From: a bacterium
GTDB lineage: Bacteria; Bacillota; Clostridia; Oscillospirales; Acutalibacteraceae
Reading direction: 5' to 3'
Length of the DNA: 64,000 nt
Assembly: GCA_022774755.1 (NCBI GenBank)
Contig: JALFLK010000005.1
Span: forward strand, 11,733-75,732
Shown here: positions 48,670 to 58,995 of the stretch, one piece after another
Layout: each line of letters begins with the position of its first letter
Position numbering within the stretch: the first letter of the stretch is position 1
The notes under the pieces: model-generated
Database searches by the model: none
Seen by the model: only the letters and a program-made list of their open reading frames with translations
Told to the model about the DNA's origin: nothing
Translations under genes and position numbers: made by a program

Positions 48670-50097
48670 TTATTTATCCACAACGGGAATTTCTGTTTTG
48701 TCGTATTCATCAAGACGGTTGCCGTACAGATAATAATTTGTCTCCTTTTTTACAACTCCCGACAAAAGCAAAACGGCAATCAGGTTTGGAATAGCCATCA
48801 AAGCGTTGAGAATATCGGCAATATCCCAAACTAAATTAAGGGTGATAACGGGGCCTACCAATATTACAAACAAGAACAGAAGCCTGTACGGCACCATCAG
48901 CTTTGTGCCGAAAAGATACTCGATGCATCTTTCGCCGTAATATGACCAGCCCAAAATTGTTGAATACGCAAAGGATACTATTCCCACCACAAGTATGGGC
49001 GTGCCAACATAGGGAATCTGCGCAAATGCCGCTGATGTAAGCTGTCCTCCCTCAATGCTTTCAAGGCTGATTTGGGGATTTTTAAGCACCGAGCTTACAA
49101 GCACAAGTCCGGTCATAAGGCAAACAACAACCGTATCCCAAAAAGTTCCCGTTGAAGAAATCAGCGCCTGACGGACAGGGTTGCGGGTCTGCGCAGCCGC
49201 TGCAACAATAGGAGCAGAACCCATACCGGATTCATTGGAGAAAAGTCCTCTGGCAATTCCGTAGCGTGCGGCCGCCATAATGCCTGCGCCTGCCAAACCG
49301 CCGATTGCGGCTGAGGGAACAAAAGCAGATTTTAATATCAGCAAAACAGTTTCGCCAAGCATATCAAAGTTGAAGCACAAAACCACAATACAGCCAACCA
49401 CATAAAATACCGCCATAAGCGGAACAAGCTTTGAGCATACATTGGAGATTGTCTTTACTCCGCCGAAGATTACAACAGCCGTAATAAAGGCAATAACAAC
49501 GCCTACAATAACGGAAACTACCGAAACATCATAGCCGAAAATGTTGATTATGTAAGATTTGTCAGGGTCAAAGGTGGACTGCATAATGCTTGAAATAGCG
49601 TTTACCTGTACGCCGCCGCCGATTCCGAATGCCGCAAACGCCGCAAATAACGCAAACAGCACTCCAAGCCACTTCATTTTCAGTCCTCGTTCCAGAACAT
49701 ACATAGCTCCGCCTAACATTCTGCCGTCTTTGGTTTTTACCCTGTATTTTACCGCAAGCAGGGATTCGGCGTACTTTGTGGCTATGCCGAACACGCCTGC
49801 AATCCAGCACCAAAAAACGGCTCCCGGTCCGCCCAGGGCAATAGCTGTGCCTACGCCTATAATGTTGCCCGTTCCGATTGTGGAGGCAAGGGCGGTTGTA
49901 AGCGCCTCAAAGGGACTTATATCCCCTGTGGAATCGGGGTCGGGTGTTACCGAAAGTTTTATTGCCCTAAGGGTTTTCTTCTGCATAAATTTTGTTTTGA
50001 AAGTCATAAACAGATGAGTTCCCAAAAGCAAAATTATCATGGGCCAACCCCAGAGAAAACCGCTTATGTTTTGTATAATTTGGTTTACGATTTCCAT
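48670..50097 (-). CDS. Alanine/glycine:cation symporter (AgcS family)
   Basis: LASTIGTGNIIGV, GGPGAVFW, RGLFSNESGMGS. Confidence 0.93.
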   Translation of the reverse strand: MEIVNQIIQNISGFLWGWPMIILLLGTHLFMTFKTKFMQKKTLRAIKLSVTPDPDSTGDISPFEALTTALASTIGTGNIIGVGTAIALGGPGAVFWCWIAGVFGIATKYAESLLAVKYRVKTKDGRMLGGAMYVLERGLKMKWLGVLFALFAAFAAFGIGGGVQVNAISSIMQSTFDPDKSYIINIFGYDVSVVSVIVGVVIAFITAVVIFGGVKTISNVCSKLVPLMAVFYVVGCIVVLCFNFDMLGETVLLILKSAFVPSAAIGGLAGAGIMAAARYGIARGLFSNESGMGSAPIVAAAAQTRNPVRQALISSTGTFWDTVVVCLMTGLVLVSSVLKNPQISLESIEGGQLTSAAFAQIPYVGTPILVVGIVSFAYSTILGWSYYGERCIEYLFGTKLMVPYRLLFLFVILVGPVITLNLVWDIADILNALMAIPNLIAVLLLSGVVKKETNYYLYGNRLDEYDKTEIPVVDK

Positions 50098-50158
50098 AAT
50101 TTCATCTTCCCCCGTTGGATTTTATTTTTTATATTCTATTTAATATATTTATATATTA

Positions 50159-50803
50159 CTATATATAATTCCTTAATTCTTCAAGATTTTTGCAAATGCA
50201 GAAAAGCCTCTCCTTTGTTGCTCTGTCGGGCGTATCAAGGTCGGGTATCATTATCGTGTTAAGTCCTGCGTCATAAGCGGAAACAACGCCGTTTGGCGAA
50301 TCCTCCACTGCAATACATTCCTTTGGCAAAAGCCCCAGCTCTTTGCAAGCTTTCAGGTAAATATCCGGCTTAGGCTTGCCGTTTTTTACCATTGAGGCAC
50401 AGATTATTTTATCAAAAAAGCCGTATAAATCTGTCATTTTTAAATATTTCTCTGTTTTTTCAATGCCTGTCGCCGTTGCAAGGGCAATCTTCAGTCCCTT
50501 TTCTTTGAGATACTTCAGGGTTTCAAAGGCCTTTGGCTTTGTTTCGATTCCCTTTTCCTCTATATACTTATCCATAAGCTCAATTCTTTTGTTGTGAACC
50601 TTGTAATAATCAAAGTCCTCGCCGAAATAGCCTTTGAGCTTTTCTATTGCAAAGGGGCGAGCCATACTTCGGATTGAAAGAGCGTGAAATTCCTGCATAT
50701 TATATCCGTAAAACTGCGCCGCCCTGCACCAAAATTTTACATAGAGCTTTTCCGTATCCAGCAAAACTCCGTCCATATCAAAAACTATGCCCTTTATATT
50801 CAT
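50159..50803 (-). CDS. HAD-family phosphatase (beta-PGM-like)
   Basis: FDMDGVLLDT, KPKPDIY, VEDS.NG. Confidence 0.9.
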   Translation of the reverse strand: MNIKGIVFDMDGVLLDTEKLYVKFWCRAAQFYGYNMQEFHALSIRSMARPFAIEKLKGYFGEDFDYYKVHNKRIELMDKYIEEKGIETKPKAFETLKYLKEKGLKIALATATGIEKTEKYLKMTDLYGFFDKIICASMVKNGKPKPDIYLKACKELGLLPKECIAVEDSPNGVVSAYDAGLNTIMIPDLDTPDRATKERLFCICKNLEELRNYI

Positions 50804-50807
50804 ATAA

Positions 50808-51791
50808 TCACTGTCTTTTTCTGAATTTTGATTTATTTTGTTCTATTTCCTTTATTTCGTTGTATTTTGTTTTATTTTCTTTTCCTTTAAACTCCGCATT
50901 AACCGTAAAAATTCCGCCGCATACAAGCACAAGAGAAATGATATTTACAGGCGTAAAAACATTTTCAAAAAGCAGTATGCCCGAAATAATTGTGCCGAAA
51001 ACAGGCACCAGAAGATTAAAAACAGAAATTCTGCTGACAGGGTGATATTTAAGCACCGCTGTCCACAGCGTAAACGCAGCCGCAGAAACAAACGCAAGAT
51101 ACAAAAGCACCGCTGAATTTGCCGTGGAAAAAATGTTTATTCTTCCGCCGAAAGCAAACCCCGACAAAAGCAAAACGCCTCCGCCCAGCATAAGCTGAAA
51201 GGCGGTAACCGTTACGGCGTCACGGCTGTTCATAAAGCCTTTTGTCAGCAAATTGCCCACTGCGGCGCACAGGGTTGAAAGAAGTACCATTCCCTCGCCC
51301 ATAAGGCTGAAACCGATAGCTCCGCCCTGTAAAAGGCTCATTAACGCAACTCCTGCAAAGCCTGCCAAACAGCCGATTACCTTTGGAGCTGTCAGCCTGT
51401 CGTTTTTGAAAAACAAAGGTGAAAGAATCACCACAAAAAATGACATACAGGCTGTTATTACCGAGGTTGCCGAGGCGGTGGTAAAGCCTACGCCGATGTA
51501 TGAAAACACATATTGAAGCGCCGTCTGCACAAGTCCCAAAAGAAGAACCGGAGCAATATCGGATTTTTGCATTTTTAAAGGCTTTCTCCGTGAAGCACAG
51601 CCGAATATGTAAACCATCAGACCGCCCAGAAAAAACCTTGCCCCTGCAAAAACAAGCTTTGAAGGAATATCGCCCTGCTGAATTGACATCAGCTCATAGC
51701 CGTATTTAATTACAGGGAACGCCGTTCCCCACAAAAGGGTGCATACTACCGCCGTGAAATAGGCGGTTTTTCTATTTATTAAAAAGGACAA
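50808..51791 (-). CDS. DMT/EamA family transporter
   Basis: LLWGTAFP, two EamA repeats, TTG start after TAAGGAG. Confidence 0.88.
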   Translation of the reverse strand: MSFLINRKTAYFTAVVCTLLWGTAFPVIKYGYELMSIQQGDIPSKLVFAGARFFLGGLMVYIFGCASRRKPLKMQKSDIAPVLLLGLVQTALQYVFSYIGVGFTTASATSVITACMSFFVVILSPLFFKNDRLTAPKVIGCLAGFAGVALMSLLQGGAIGFSLMGEGMVLLSTLCAAVGNLLTKGFMNSRDAVTVTAFQLMLGGGVLLLSGFAFGGRINIFSTANSAVLLYLAFVSAAAFTLWTAVLKYHPVSRISVFNLLVPVFGTIISGILLFENVFTPVNIISLVLVCGGIFTVNAEFKGKENKTKYNEIKEIEQNKSKFRKRQ

Positions 51792-51801
51792 GTTACAAGC
51801 T

Positions 51802-51928
51802 CCTTATAGCAGAATAACCTTATAACAGAATAATCTTATATCAAAACAACCTTATAGCAGTACAACCGTACAACATAACAACCATATATCAGAATAACAG
51901 TATAACAAATAACCTTATTGCGGAATAA
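51802..51928 (-). repeat. 8 x ~16-bp degenerate tandem array (consensus TTATTCTGYTATAAGG on minus strand)
   Basis: Units read directly; the last unit supplies the RBS of the DMT gene. Confidence 0.85.
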
Positions 51929-51958
51929 AAAAATTTTGATTTATCCGATTTTCGGTGA

Positions 51959-52879
51959 TTATCTCAAATACTCCTCAGCCGAATGAACTGCGTTTGCACC
52001 GTCGGCAACGGCTGTTACAATCTGTCTTAAGGGTTTTGTGCGCAAATCTCCTGCGGCAAAAAGCCCCGAAAGGCTTGTTTTGCAGTTTTCGCCTGCCTTT
52101 ATAAAGCCTGCGTCGTCAACCTCTGCAAGGTTTTTAAAAAGTCCGTTTACGGGGGTAATGCCAACGGCTATAAACACGCCATCGGTTTTTATTTCTGTCA
52201 CAGCTCCGTCTGCCACACTTTCAACCGTAACGGAGCTTACCGTGTTTTCACCGTTAATTTCCGTAACTCTGCTGTTGAGAACAAGCTCGACATTTTCCTT
52301 TTGCATAAGCCTGTTCACAAGCAAATTTGCCCCTCGGAAGGATTCCCGTCTGTGGACGACATACACCTTTTTGCAAAGGTTTGAAAGATACAAAGCGTCG
52401 GTAAGGGCAGTATCTCCGCCGCCGATAACAACCGCCGTTTTGCCTCTGTAAAATGCGCCGTCGCAATGAGCGCAGTAGCTCACTCCCTTTGCGGTGAGCT
52501 TTTCCTCTCCCGGAACGCCCAAATGTCTGCTGACTGCTCCTGTTGCGGCTATTACCGTCCTGAATTTTTCCTCTGCGCCGTCTGTAAAGCCTATTGTGAA
52601 AATACCGTCGGATTTTTTGACGGATACAATCTCTTTGTTGACAATCGTCACTCCTGCGTTTTGCGTATGACGGCTGAAAACATCAGCAAGGGAAAATCCG
52701 TCGGCAGAGGGAATACCCAAATAATTTTCAATTTCACCTGTGTTTATTATCTGGCCTCCGCTGAGAGGGTATTTTTCGTATAAAACACAGCTCAGTCCTG
52801 CCCTAACGGCATACAAGCCGGCGCACAATCCGGCAGGACCGCCACCGATAACGGCTATATCTTTTATAACTTCCACCAT
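51959..52879 (-). CDS. trxB: Thioredoxin reductase
   Basis: GGGPAG, SYCAHCDG redox motif, GGGDTA, FAAGD. Confidence 0.93.
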   Translation of the reverse strand: MVEVIKDIAVIGGGPAGLCAGLYAVRAGLSCVLYEKYPLSGGQIINTGEIENYLGIPSADGFSLADVFSRHTQNAGVTIVNKEIVSVKKSDGIFTIGFTDGAEEKFRTVIAATGAVSRHLGVPGEEKLTAKGVSYCAHCDGAFYRGKTAVVIGGGDTALTDALYLSNLCKKVYVVHRRESFRGANLLVNRLMQKENVELVLNSRVTEINGENTVSSVTVESVADGAVTEIKTDGVFIAVGITPVNGLFKNLAEVDDAGFIKAGENCKTSLSGLFAAGDLRTKPLRQIVTAVADGANAVHSAEEYLR

Positions 52880-53022
52880 TTTATCATCCTCTTTGCAAAA
52901 TTCCTTTGCATACATATTTTTCATACATTTATTATGAAAACTCATACTCTGATACTCTAAAGATATTCTAAATATTAAAATCTGATTTTATCAGTTCAAT
53001 TCAGTATCGTTGTAATTCCCTA

Positions 53023-54042
53023 TCAGCGAAATTCCAAAACATTTTCAAAGAAAAAGTTTTTGCCCGAAACTTCCGTGGGATTTGCGCAGTCGGAAGAATA
53101 AACCGCCGTCAGCTTTGCAAACGCCGCCTCACGGCTTATGTTATACATAGGAACCCCGCCGTCAGCCAAAAGCTTCCTTGTGGTGGCGTAAAGATTTTCT
53201 CTGTTTTTAATGGAACAGAGGTAAAAATCAACGCCGTTCTCTTTGCATTGTTTCAGCAAATCCAAAGCTGTTGAACCTCCCTCGGTGCAAAGAGTGCCGG
53301 AATGGTAGCTCAGGTGCAGAATTGCTTTGATGTTCGGGGATAAGTTTATGCGGGAATAATCAATCCCGGGGTAGGGGGTTATCATTTTTACACAGTCCGA
53401 AAGCCTTGGAACACCTTGCAGAATCGGACTTCTTCTCTGCATTAACTGCTCCGGGGTCGGATTAAAGGGGCTTTGGTTAAGGGTAACCTTACCCTGACAA
53501 TACCTGCCCAAAGGCGTACCCGTAAAATCTGAGAATCTGTCCAGAAACCTGTCAGCCTCGCACAATCTGGTACCAAGGTAAATATCCGCCTGTTCGCCTG
53601 TTCCGTAAGAAACATAAACGCCCGGGGCATTTACCGATTTTATAAACTCAACAGCTCCGCAAAAGTTTAAAAAACCGTTGCTTTTTGGGTTTTCAAGGGG
53701 ATAATCCGCCGCTGTAAGCACTATGGGAATTTTAATAAACGAAAGGCAAACCCCGAGAATTGCCGAGGTGTAGCTTAATGTATCGGAGCCGTGGGTTACG
53801 ATTATGCCGTCATAGCCTGCTTTTTCGCCGTCAAGTATGCAGTCGGTCAGGCTGTTCCAATGGCGGTAATTTATATTTTCGCTTAATACACTGCAAAGAT
53901 TCACAGCGTCAAAATCCGCAGTACCGGGGAATTTTTCCTTATACATTTCTGTAATGGGGCAGGAAAATCCTTTAACATCTATTGTTTTATTTTTTACCGT
54001 ACTTCCTATTGTTCCGCCTGTTAAAACGGTGAGTATCTTCAT
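53023..54042 (-). CDS. L-asparaginase (type I-like)
   Basis: TGGTIG and VTHGSDT catalytic Thr/Ser motifs. Confidence 0.8.
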   Translation of the reverse strand: MKILTVLTGGTIGSTVKNKTIDVKGFSCPITEMYKEKFPGTADFDAVNLCSVLSENINYRHWNSLTDCILDGEKAGYDGIIVTHGSDTLSYTSAILGVCLSFIKIPIVLTAADYPLENPKSNGFLNFCGAVEFIKSVNAPGVYVSYGTGEQADIYLGTRLCEADRFLDRFSDFTGTPLGRYCQGKVTLNQSPFNPTPEQLMQRRSPILQGVPRLSDCVKMITPYPGIDYSRINLSPNIKAILHLSYHSGTLCTEGGSTALDLLKQCKENGVDFYLCSIKNRENLYATTRKLLADGGVPMYNISREAAFAKLTAVYSSDCANPTEVSGKNFFFENVLEFR

Positions 54043-54125
54043 ATTTATGCGCTCCAAACAGCAAAATAAACGGGAAAAATCATTTTTATTCAGACTAAAC
54101 GCCGTTATAACGCCTAAAAAACAAC

Positions 54126-54162
54126 AAAAGGATAAAGCCTCGCCGCCGAGCCTTTATCCTTT
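54126..54162. terminator. Hairpin terminator after tkt
   Basis: AAAGGATAAAG/CTTTATCCTTT stem. Confidence 0.65.
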
Positions 54163-54178
54163 GTAGTATTTACATAAT

Positions 54179-55123
54179 TCAGCCTTTTACAACCTTAGTA
54201 ATAACCTTGGCAATATTATCCTTACAAAGTCCGAAAATCTCCAAAAGCTCCTTAGCCGGACCGCTGTAACCGAATCTGTCCTCAACGCCGATTCTTGTTA
54301 CGGGAACGGGGCATTTTGAGCTTGTTACCTGACAAACTGCGTCGGCAAGTCCGCCGATAATATTATGCTCCTCAACGGTGATAATTCTGCCTGTTTCCTT
54401 TGCGGCTTTTACGATTATCTCCTCATCGATAGGCTTGATTGTGTGAATGTTAATAAGTCTTGCGTTTATTCCCTGAGCTTCCAGCTCTTTTACGGCTTTA
54501 AGAGCTTCGTTTACAACAAGACCAGTTGCAATAACCGCAACGTCATTACCTTCGTGGAGGGTTATACCCTTGCCAAGCTCAAATTTATATGTTGCAGGGT
54601 CGTTAAAGCTGTCTATGGCAAGTCTGCCCAAACGAATATATACGGGACCCTGATACTCAACAGCCGCCTTTGTTGCCGCCATCATCTCGTAGTGGTCGGC
54701 AGGGTTAAGCACTACCATACCCGGGAGAGTTCTCATAAGCGCAATATCTTCAAGGCACTGGTGAGTTGCGCCGTCCTCGCCTGTGGAAATTCCTGCGTGA
54801 CTTCCTGCAATCTTAACATTAAGGTGGGGATAAGCTATTGAATTTCTGATTTGCTCAAAGGCTCTGCCTGTTGCAAACATAGCAAAAGAAGCGGCTACCG
54901 GGATTTTACCTGTTGCTGCAAGACCTGCGGCTACACCCATCATATTGCCCTCTGCAATTCCGCAGTCGAAGAATCTTTCGGGGTACTCTTTTTTGAAAAT
55001 AGAGGTTTTTGTTGCCGCCGCCAGGTCAGCGTCAAGCACAACAATGTCTTTGTTTGTTTTTGCAAGCTCGCAAAGAGCCATTCCGAAGCTTTCTCTGGTT
55101 GCTTTTGTAATAATCTCCGCCAT
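54179..55123 (-). CDS. tkt: Transketolase, C-terminal subunit
   Basis: GIAEGNMMG, GEDGATHQ, EEHNIIGGL. Confidence 0.93.
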   Translation of the reverse strand: MAEIITKATRESFGMALCELAKTNKDIVVLDADLAAATKTSIFKKEYPERFFDCGIAEGNMMGVAAGLAATGKIPVAASFAMFATGRAFEQIRNSIAYPHLNVKIAGSHAGISTGEDGATHQCLEDIALMRTLPGMVVLNPADHYEMMAATKAAVEYQGPVYIRLGRLAIDSFNDPATYKFELGKGITLHEGNDVAVIATGLVVNEALKAVKELEAQGINARLINIHTIKPIDEEIIVKAAKETGRIITVEEHNIIGGLADAVCQVTSSKCPVPVTRIGVEDRFGYSGPAKELLEIFGLCKDNIAKVITKVVKG

Positions 55124-55971
55124 CAGATTTCACCCTCCAGTTCTGCAAGCTGTGCGTTAAGCTCTGCGGTAGCCTGCTCAAACTGTTCCTTATTGGGAGC
55201 AGTTCCGTGCCAGCCAACCTGATTTTCCATAAAGGATACGCCCTTGCCCTTAACGGTTTTTGCCAAAATTGCCGTAGGCTTGCCTTTGGTTTCTCTGGCA
55301 TTGTTAAGCGCATTTTCTATATCGTTAAAGTTGTGACCGTCGATTTTTATAACATTAAATCCAAAGCTTTCAAACTTTTTGTCAAGAGGCTCGATTCCGC
55401 AAACCTCTTCTACCGGGCCGTCAATCTGAAGTCCGTTCTGGTCAACAATGATAACAAGGTTATCAAGGTTATTATGAGAAGCAAACATAGAAGCCTCCCA
55501 AACCTGACCTTCCTCGCACTCGCCGTCGCCTAAAACGGCATAAACACGGTAATCTCTGCCGTCAAGCTTAGCCGAAAGAGCCATTCCGCAGGCGGCGGAA
55601 ATTCCCTGTCCCAAGGAGCCTGTGCTCATATCAATGCCGGGGGTTCCCTTCATATCCGGGTGACCCTGAAGCATTGCGCCCACATGCCTAAGACTTTCAA
55701 TCTCGCTCCAGTCAAAGTAACCCTTCAGCGCAAGGGTTGCATACAAGCTGGGGCAGCAGTGTCCTTTTGACAAAACAAAACGGTCTCTGTCGGGGTTTTT
55801 GGGATCGTCGGGGTAAACGTTCATCTCTTTAAAGTAAAGATAGGTAAAAATATCCGCAGCGGATAAAGAGCCTCCCGGATGTCCCGATTTTGCGTTGTAG
55901 GTTCCCAAAATCGCTCCGATTCTGGACTTACAGGCAAGAATTTTAAGGGTGTTTTCTTCTTTGAGATTCAT
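55123..55971 (-). CDS. tkt: Transketolase, N-terminal subunit
   Basis: SGHPGGSLS, LSKGH, TGSLGQG, GDGECEEGQ.WE..N ThDP motif. Confidence 0.93.
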   Translation of the reverse strand: MNLKEENTLKILACKSRIGAILGTYNAKSGHPGGSLSAADIFTYLYFKEMNVYPDDPKNPDRDRFVLSKGHCCPSLYATLALKGYFDWSEIESLRHVGAMLQGHPDMKGTPGIDMSTGSLGQGISAACGMALSAKLDGRDYRVYAVLGDGECEEGQVWEASMFASHNNLDNLVIIVDQNGLQIDGPVEEVCGIEPLDKKFESFGFNVIKIDGHNFNDIENALNNARETKGKPTAILAKTVKGKGVSFMENQVGWHGTAPNKEQFEQATAELNAQLAELEGEI

Positions 55972-56122
55972 CTTACAGCCTCCAGTCAGAATTTTACATT
56001 CATTCCATACAGGGTGTATTTTATCATATATTGTCGCTTCTATTTTTCGCATATGCAAAATTAAATTAAATTTATATTGAAAAAAAGAATTTCTATGATA
56101 TAATTTTATTGTGAATTTTTAG

Positions 56123-56239
56123 GGAAACTCTGATTAAATCGTTTGTGCATATTGCGCCGTCAGATTTTTTGGTAAACCGGCGGAAAATATGCAAGCAAGG
56201 TGTGCAAACAGCTTTCAGCGTGACTTATTATGTGTCCCC
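56123..56239 (+). mobile_element. MITE-like element (117 bp), TTAG duplication
   Basis: Colinear homolog of 41844-41961; TTAG at 56119-56122 and 56240-56243. Confidence 0.8.
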
Positions 56240-56290
56240 TTAGGTTTTTATACAGCTTATGACTTTTTGTACTTTAAAGGTTGTGGAATT

Positions 56291-57055
56291 ATGCTTTTGA
56301 CGGTTGATGTTGGCAACACAAACATTAAGATGGGCATCTTTGACAAACAAACGCTTAAATTTAAGCTGACCTGCTCAACGGATATACGCAAAACCTCCGA
56401 CGAATTTGCCGCAGAATTTTACACCTTTTTCAAAATTCACGGCATTGACGAAAAAGCCATTGACGCTTCAATTATCAGTTCCGTTGTGCCCAAGGTTACA
56501 AGGCCGCTTAAAGAGGCAATAAAAACCGTTACCGGCACGAAAAGTCTGGTTGTCGGTCCGGGAATTAAAACAGGACTTGATATAAAAATCGACCGTCCCG
56601 AAACCCTGGGCGCAGACATTGTTGCAGGCAGTGTTGCCTCCTGCCGGAATTACAGCTGTCCCAACATTACGATTTTTATGGGTACGGCTACGGTTGTTGT
56701 TTATAACGACGAACACGGAAGCTACTGCGGCGGCGCAATTATGCCCGGCGTGGGAATTTCGCTGGACGCTTTGACATCTCACGGAGCTTTGCTTTCTTCC
56801 GTTGATTTAACGGCCCCCAAAAAAGCTATAGGCACCAACACCGCCGACAGCACCCGTTCCGGTGTTGTGCTGGGCAACGCCTTTATGATTGACGGCTTTA
56901 TTGAAAGGTTTATGCAGGAAGCGGGCAGGGAATGTACCGTTATTGCAACGGGCGGTCTTGCTCCTCAGATTACAAAAAACTGCAAACATAAAATTATTAA
57001 CGACGAAAACCTGATTTTGGAGGGTCTGCGGATTATCAGCGAAAGAAACCGCTGA
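56291..57055 (+). CDS. coaX: Type III pantothenate kinase
   Basis: LTVDVGNTN, LGAD, MGTAT, ATGG. Confidence 0.93.
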   Translation: MLLTVDVGNTNIKMGIFDKQTLKFKLTCSTDIRKTSDEFAAEFYTFFKIHGIDEKAIDASIISSVVPKVTRPLKEAIKTVTGTKSLVVGPGIKTGLDIKIDRPETLGADIVAGSVASCRNYSCPNITIFMGTATVVVYNDEHGSYCGGAIMPGVGISLDALTSHGALLSSVDLTAPKKAIGTNTADSTRSGVVLGNAFMIDGFIERFMQEAGRECTVIATGGLAPQITKNCKHKIINDENLILEGLRIISERNR

Positions 57056-57214
57056 AATCAAACAATAATGCTCCCGAAATCAGTATTTTAAAATCAGTAT
57101 TTCAAAAACAAAACAGAATATGCTTTTACTTGATGCATAAGGCGATTTGCCTTTTGTAAATAAATTGCGTTTCACCCGATAATACAGATTGGGGAAACAG
57201 CAGGAGGTTATTTT

Positions 57215-57814
57215 ATGAAAACCAAAGAAGCAAACAAAATTTTCAGGCTTACGGGGCTGGGCATCTTGACGGCGATTATCGTCGTACTTCAAATTGTGGC
57301 AACGTTCTTCCCCACCAAGCCCTTTGCAATTACCCTTGCGCTTATTCCGATTGTAATCGGAGCCGCAGTATTCGGCTCAGGCGCAGGTGCATACCTGGGC
57401 GCCGTGTTCAGCGTTGTTGTAATTGCAATGTGTATCTTCGGCTTTGACATAGGCGGAGCAATGGTTTGGAACGCAAACCCGATTATGTGTATTGTCGTAT
57501 GTATGCTCAAGGGTACAGGCGCAGGCTTTTGCTCGGGCTTGGTTTACAGGGTAATCAGCAAAAAAAGCCCCACAGTGGGAGCAATCGCCGCAGGCGTCGT
57601 CTCTCCTATTGTAAACACCGGCGTCTTTATACTGGGCTTGCTGTTGTTTTTCAGACCTGTGCTTGAAGCGTGGGCAGGCGGAACAGACATAATCTATTAT
57701 GCGCTCATTACCCTTACGGGTGTAAACTTCCTTGTGGAGCTGGGCGTAAACCTGGTTGTAAACCCTGTCATCGTAAAAGTTGTAAACATTGTTCAGAAAA
57801 GCATAAAGAAATAA
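57215..57814 (+). CDS. ECF transporter S component, probably pantothenate (PanT)
   Basis: Six TM helices, IP.VIGA.VFG...G motif, NTG.F; adjacent to coaX. Confidence 0.75.
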   Translation: MKTKEANKIFRLTGLGILTAIIVVLQIVATFFPTKPFAITLALIPIVIGAAVFGSGAGAYLGAVFSVVVIAMCIFGFDIGGAMVWNANPIMCIVVCMLKGTGAGFCSGLVYRVISKKSPTVGAIAAGVVSPIVNTGVFILGLLLFFRPVLEAWAGGTDIIYYALITLTGVNFLVELGVNLVVNPVIVKVVNIVQKSIKK

Positions 57815-57880
57815 ATCTATCTGCGGGCGGTTTATCCGCCCGTAATTTTTACCGTAGTGCTGTAAAAACAAGGTGATTGT

Positions 57881-58858
57881 ATGCAAAAAAATATATACGG
57901 TTTGTTAAGTCAGGCCTCCGGGTACATCTCGGGAGAAGAAATATCAGAAAAGCTGGGAATATCCCGTCAGGCTGTTTGGAAAAACATCAATAAGCTGAAG
58001 GAGCAGGGCTTTGTAATTGAATCCGTTACAAACAGAGGCTACCGTCTTATAAAAACTCCCGACAACCTTTGCAAGCTTGCCATGGACGGATATTTACAAA
58101 CCGACAGCTTGGGAAAAAATGCAATAATTCTTGACTCCTCACCCTCTACAAACGACAGCTTGAAAGCTCTTGCGTCACAGGGAGCGCAGGAGGGCACCGT
58201 GATTGCCGCAAGAGAACAGACCAAAGGCAAGGGCAGACTGGGCAGAAGCTGGGTTTGCAAAAAAGACGAAAGCCTTACCTTTTCTCTTTTGCTCAGGCCT
58301 AAGGCAGCTCCTGCTCAGGTATCCGCCGTTACTCCCCTGACAGGACTTGCCGTTTGCAGGGCGGTAAGGGATTATTACGGTATCGACTGCAAAATCAAGT
58401 GGCCTAACGATATAATAGTAAACAACAAAAAACTGGTTGGAATTCTGGCTGAAATGGGTGCGGAATTTGACGCCGTTGAATACATCGTTCTGGGAATCGG
58501 CATTAACACAGACCAGGAGGAATTTCCAAAAGAAATCGCAGACAAGGCAACCTCGATTTTTATTGAAACGGGAAAACACACCGACAAAAACCGATTTTTA
58601 GCTGTCCTGCTGAAATATCTTGAGGAAGAATTTATGTCCAACGGAGAATGCAGGTTATCTTTAGAGGGCGACAAGCTGGAGCTTTACAAGGAGCTTTGCG
58701 CAACCCTGGGCAGAAAAATAAGCTTTTTCAGAGGGAGCGAAAAAATCAGCGCCTTTTCCCGGGATATTGACTCAAAGGGAGAGCTTTTGGCAGAGGACGA
58801 AAAAGGCAGGATATTCACCGTCAACTCAGGTGAGGTTACGGTGCAAGGGATATATTGA
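57881..58858 (+). CDS. birA: Bifunctional biotin ligase/repressor
   Basis: N-terminal HTH (ISGEE...LGISRQAVWK), STN, QTKGKGRLGRSW, KWPND, KL.GIL. Confidence 0.95.
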   Translation: MQKNIYGLLSQASGYISGEEISEKLGISRQAVWKNINKLKEQGFVIESVTNRGYRLIKTPDNLCKLAMDGYLQTDSLGKNAIILDSSPSTNDSLKALASQGAQEGTVIAAREQTKGKGRLGRSWVCKKDESLTFSLLLRPKAAPAQVSAVTPLTGLAVCRAVRDYYGIDCKIKWPNDIIVNNKKLVGILAEMGAEFDAVEYIVLGIGINTDQEEFPKEIADKATSIFIETGKHTDKNRFLAVLLKYLEEEFMSNGECRLSLEGDKLELYKELCATLGRKISFFRGSEKISAFSRDIDSKGELLAEDEKGRIFTVNSGEVTVQGIY

Positions 58859-58936
58859 TTTAAATAACACTAGGATATGTAGATTTTAACGGCAACCTTG
58901 ACACCTGTGCAGGGTATATATTGATTTAAATAACAC
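58841..58936 (+). repeat. 30-bp direct repeat of birA 3' end separated by 36 bp
   Basis: 58841-58870 versus 58907-58936, 28/30 identical. Confidence 0.85.
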
Positions 58937-58963
58937 ACAATTACCGAATATAAAACACACATT

Positions 58964-58995
58964 ATGACCCGAAGCTGGATTTCGGGTCATTTTTT
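58964..58995 (+). terminator. birA terminator
   Basis: ATGACCCGAA/TTCGGGTCAT stem plus T tract. Confidence 0.8.

Noticed and set aside
51802-51928. CRISPR array or replication iterons
   Set aside because: Units are contiguous with no unique spacers, and no rep gene or DnaA boxes are nearby.
57077-57102. AAATCAGTATTT direct repeat upstream of the ECF S-component gene as an operator
   Set aside because: Two 12-bp AT-rich copies with no known regulator motif; most likely local slippage.
58841-58936. CRISPR array
   Set aside because: Only two repeats, the first overlaps birA coding sequence, there is no palindrome or leader, and no cas genes are in the window. Kept only as a duplication or att-like scar.
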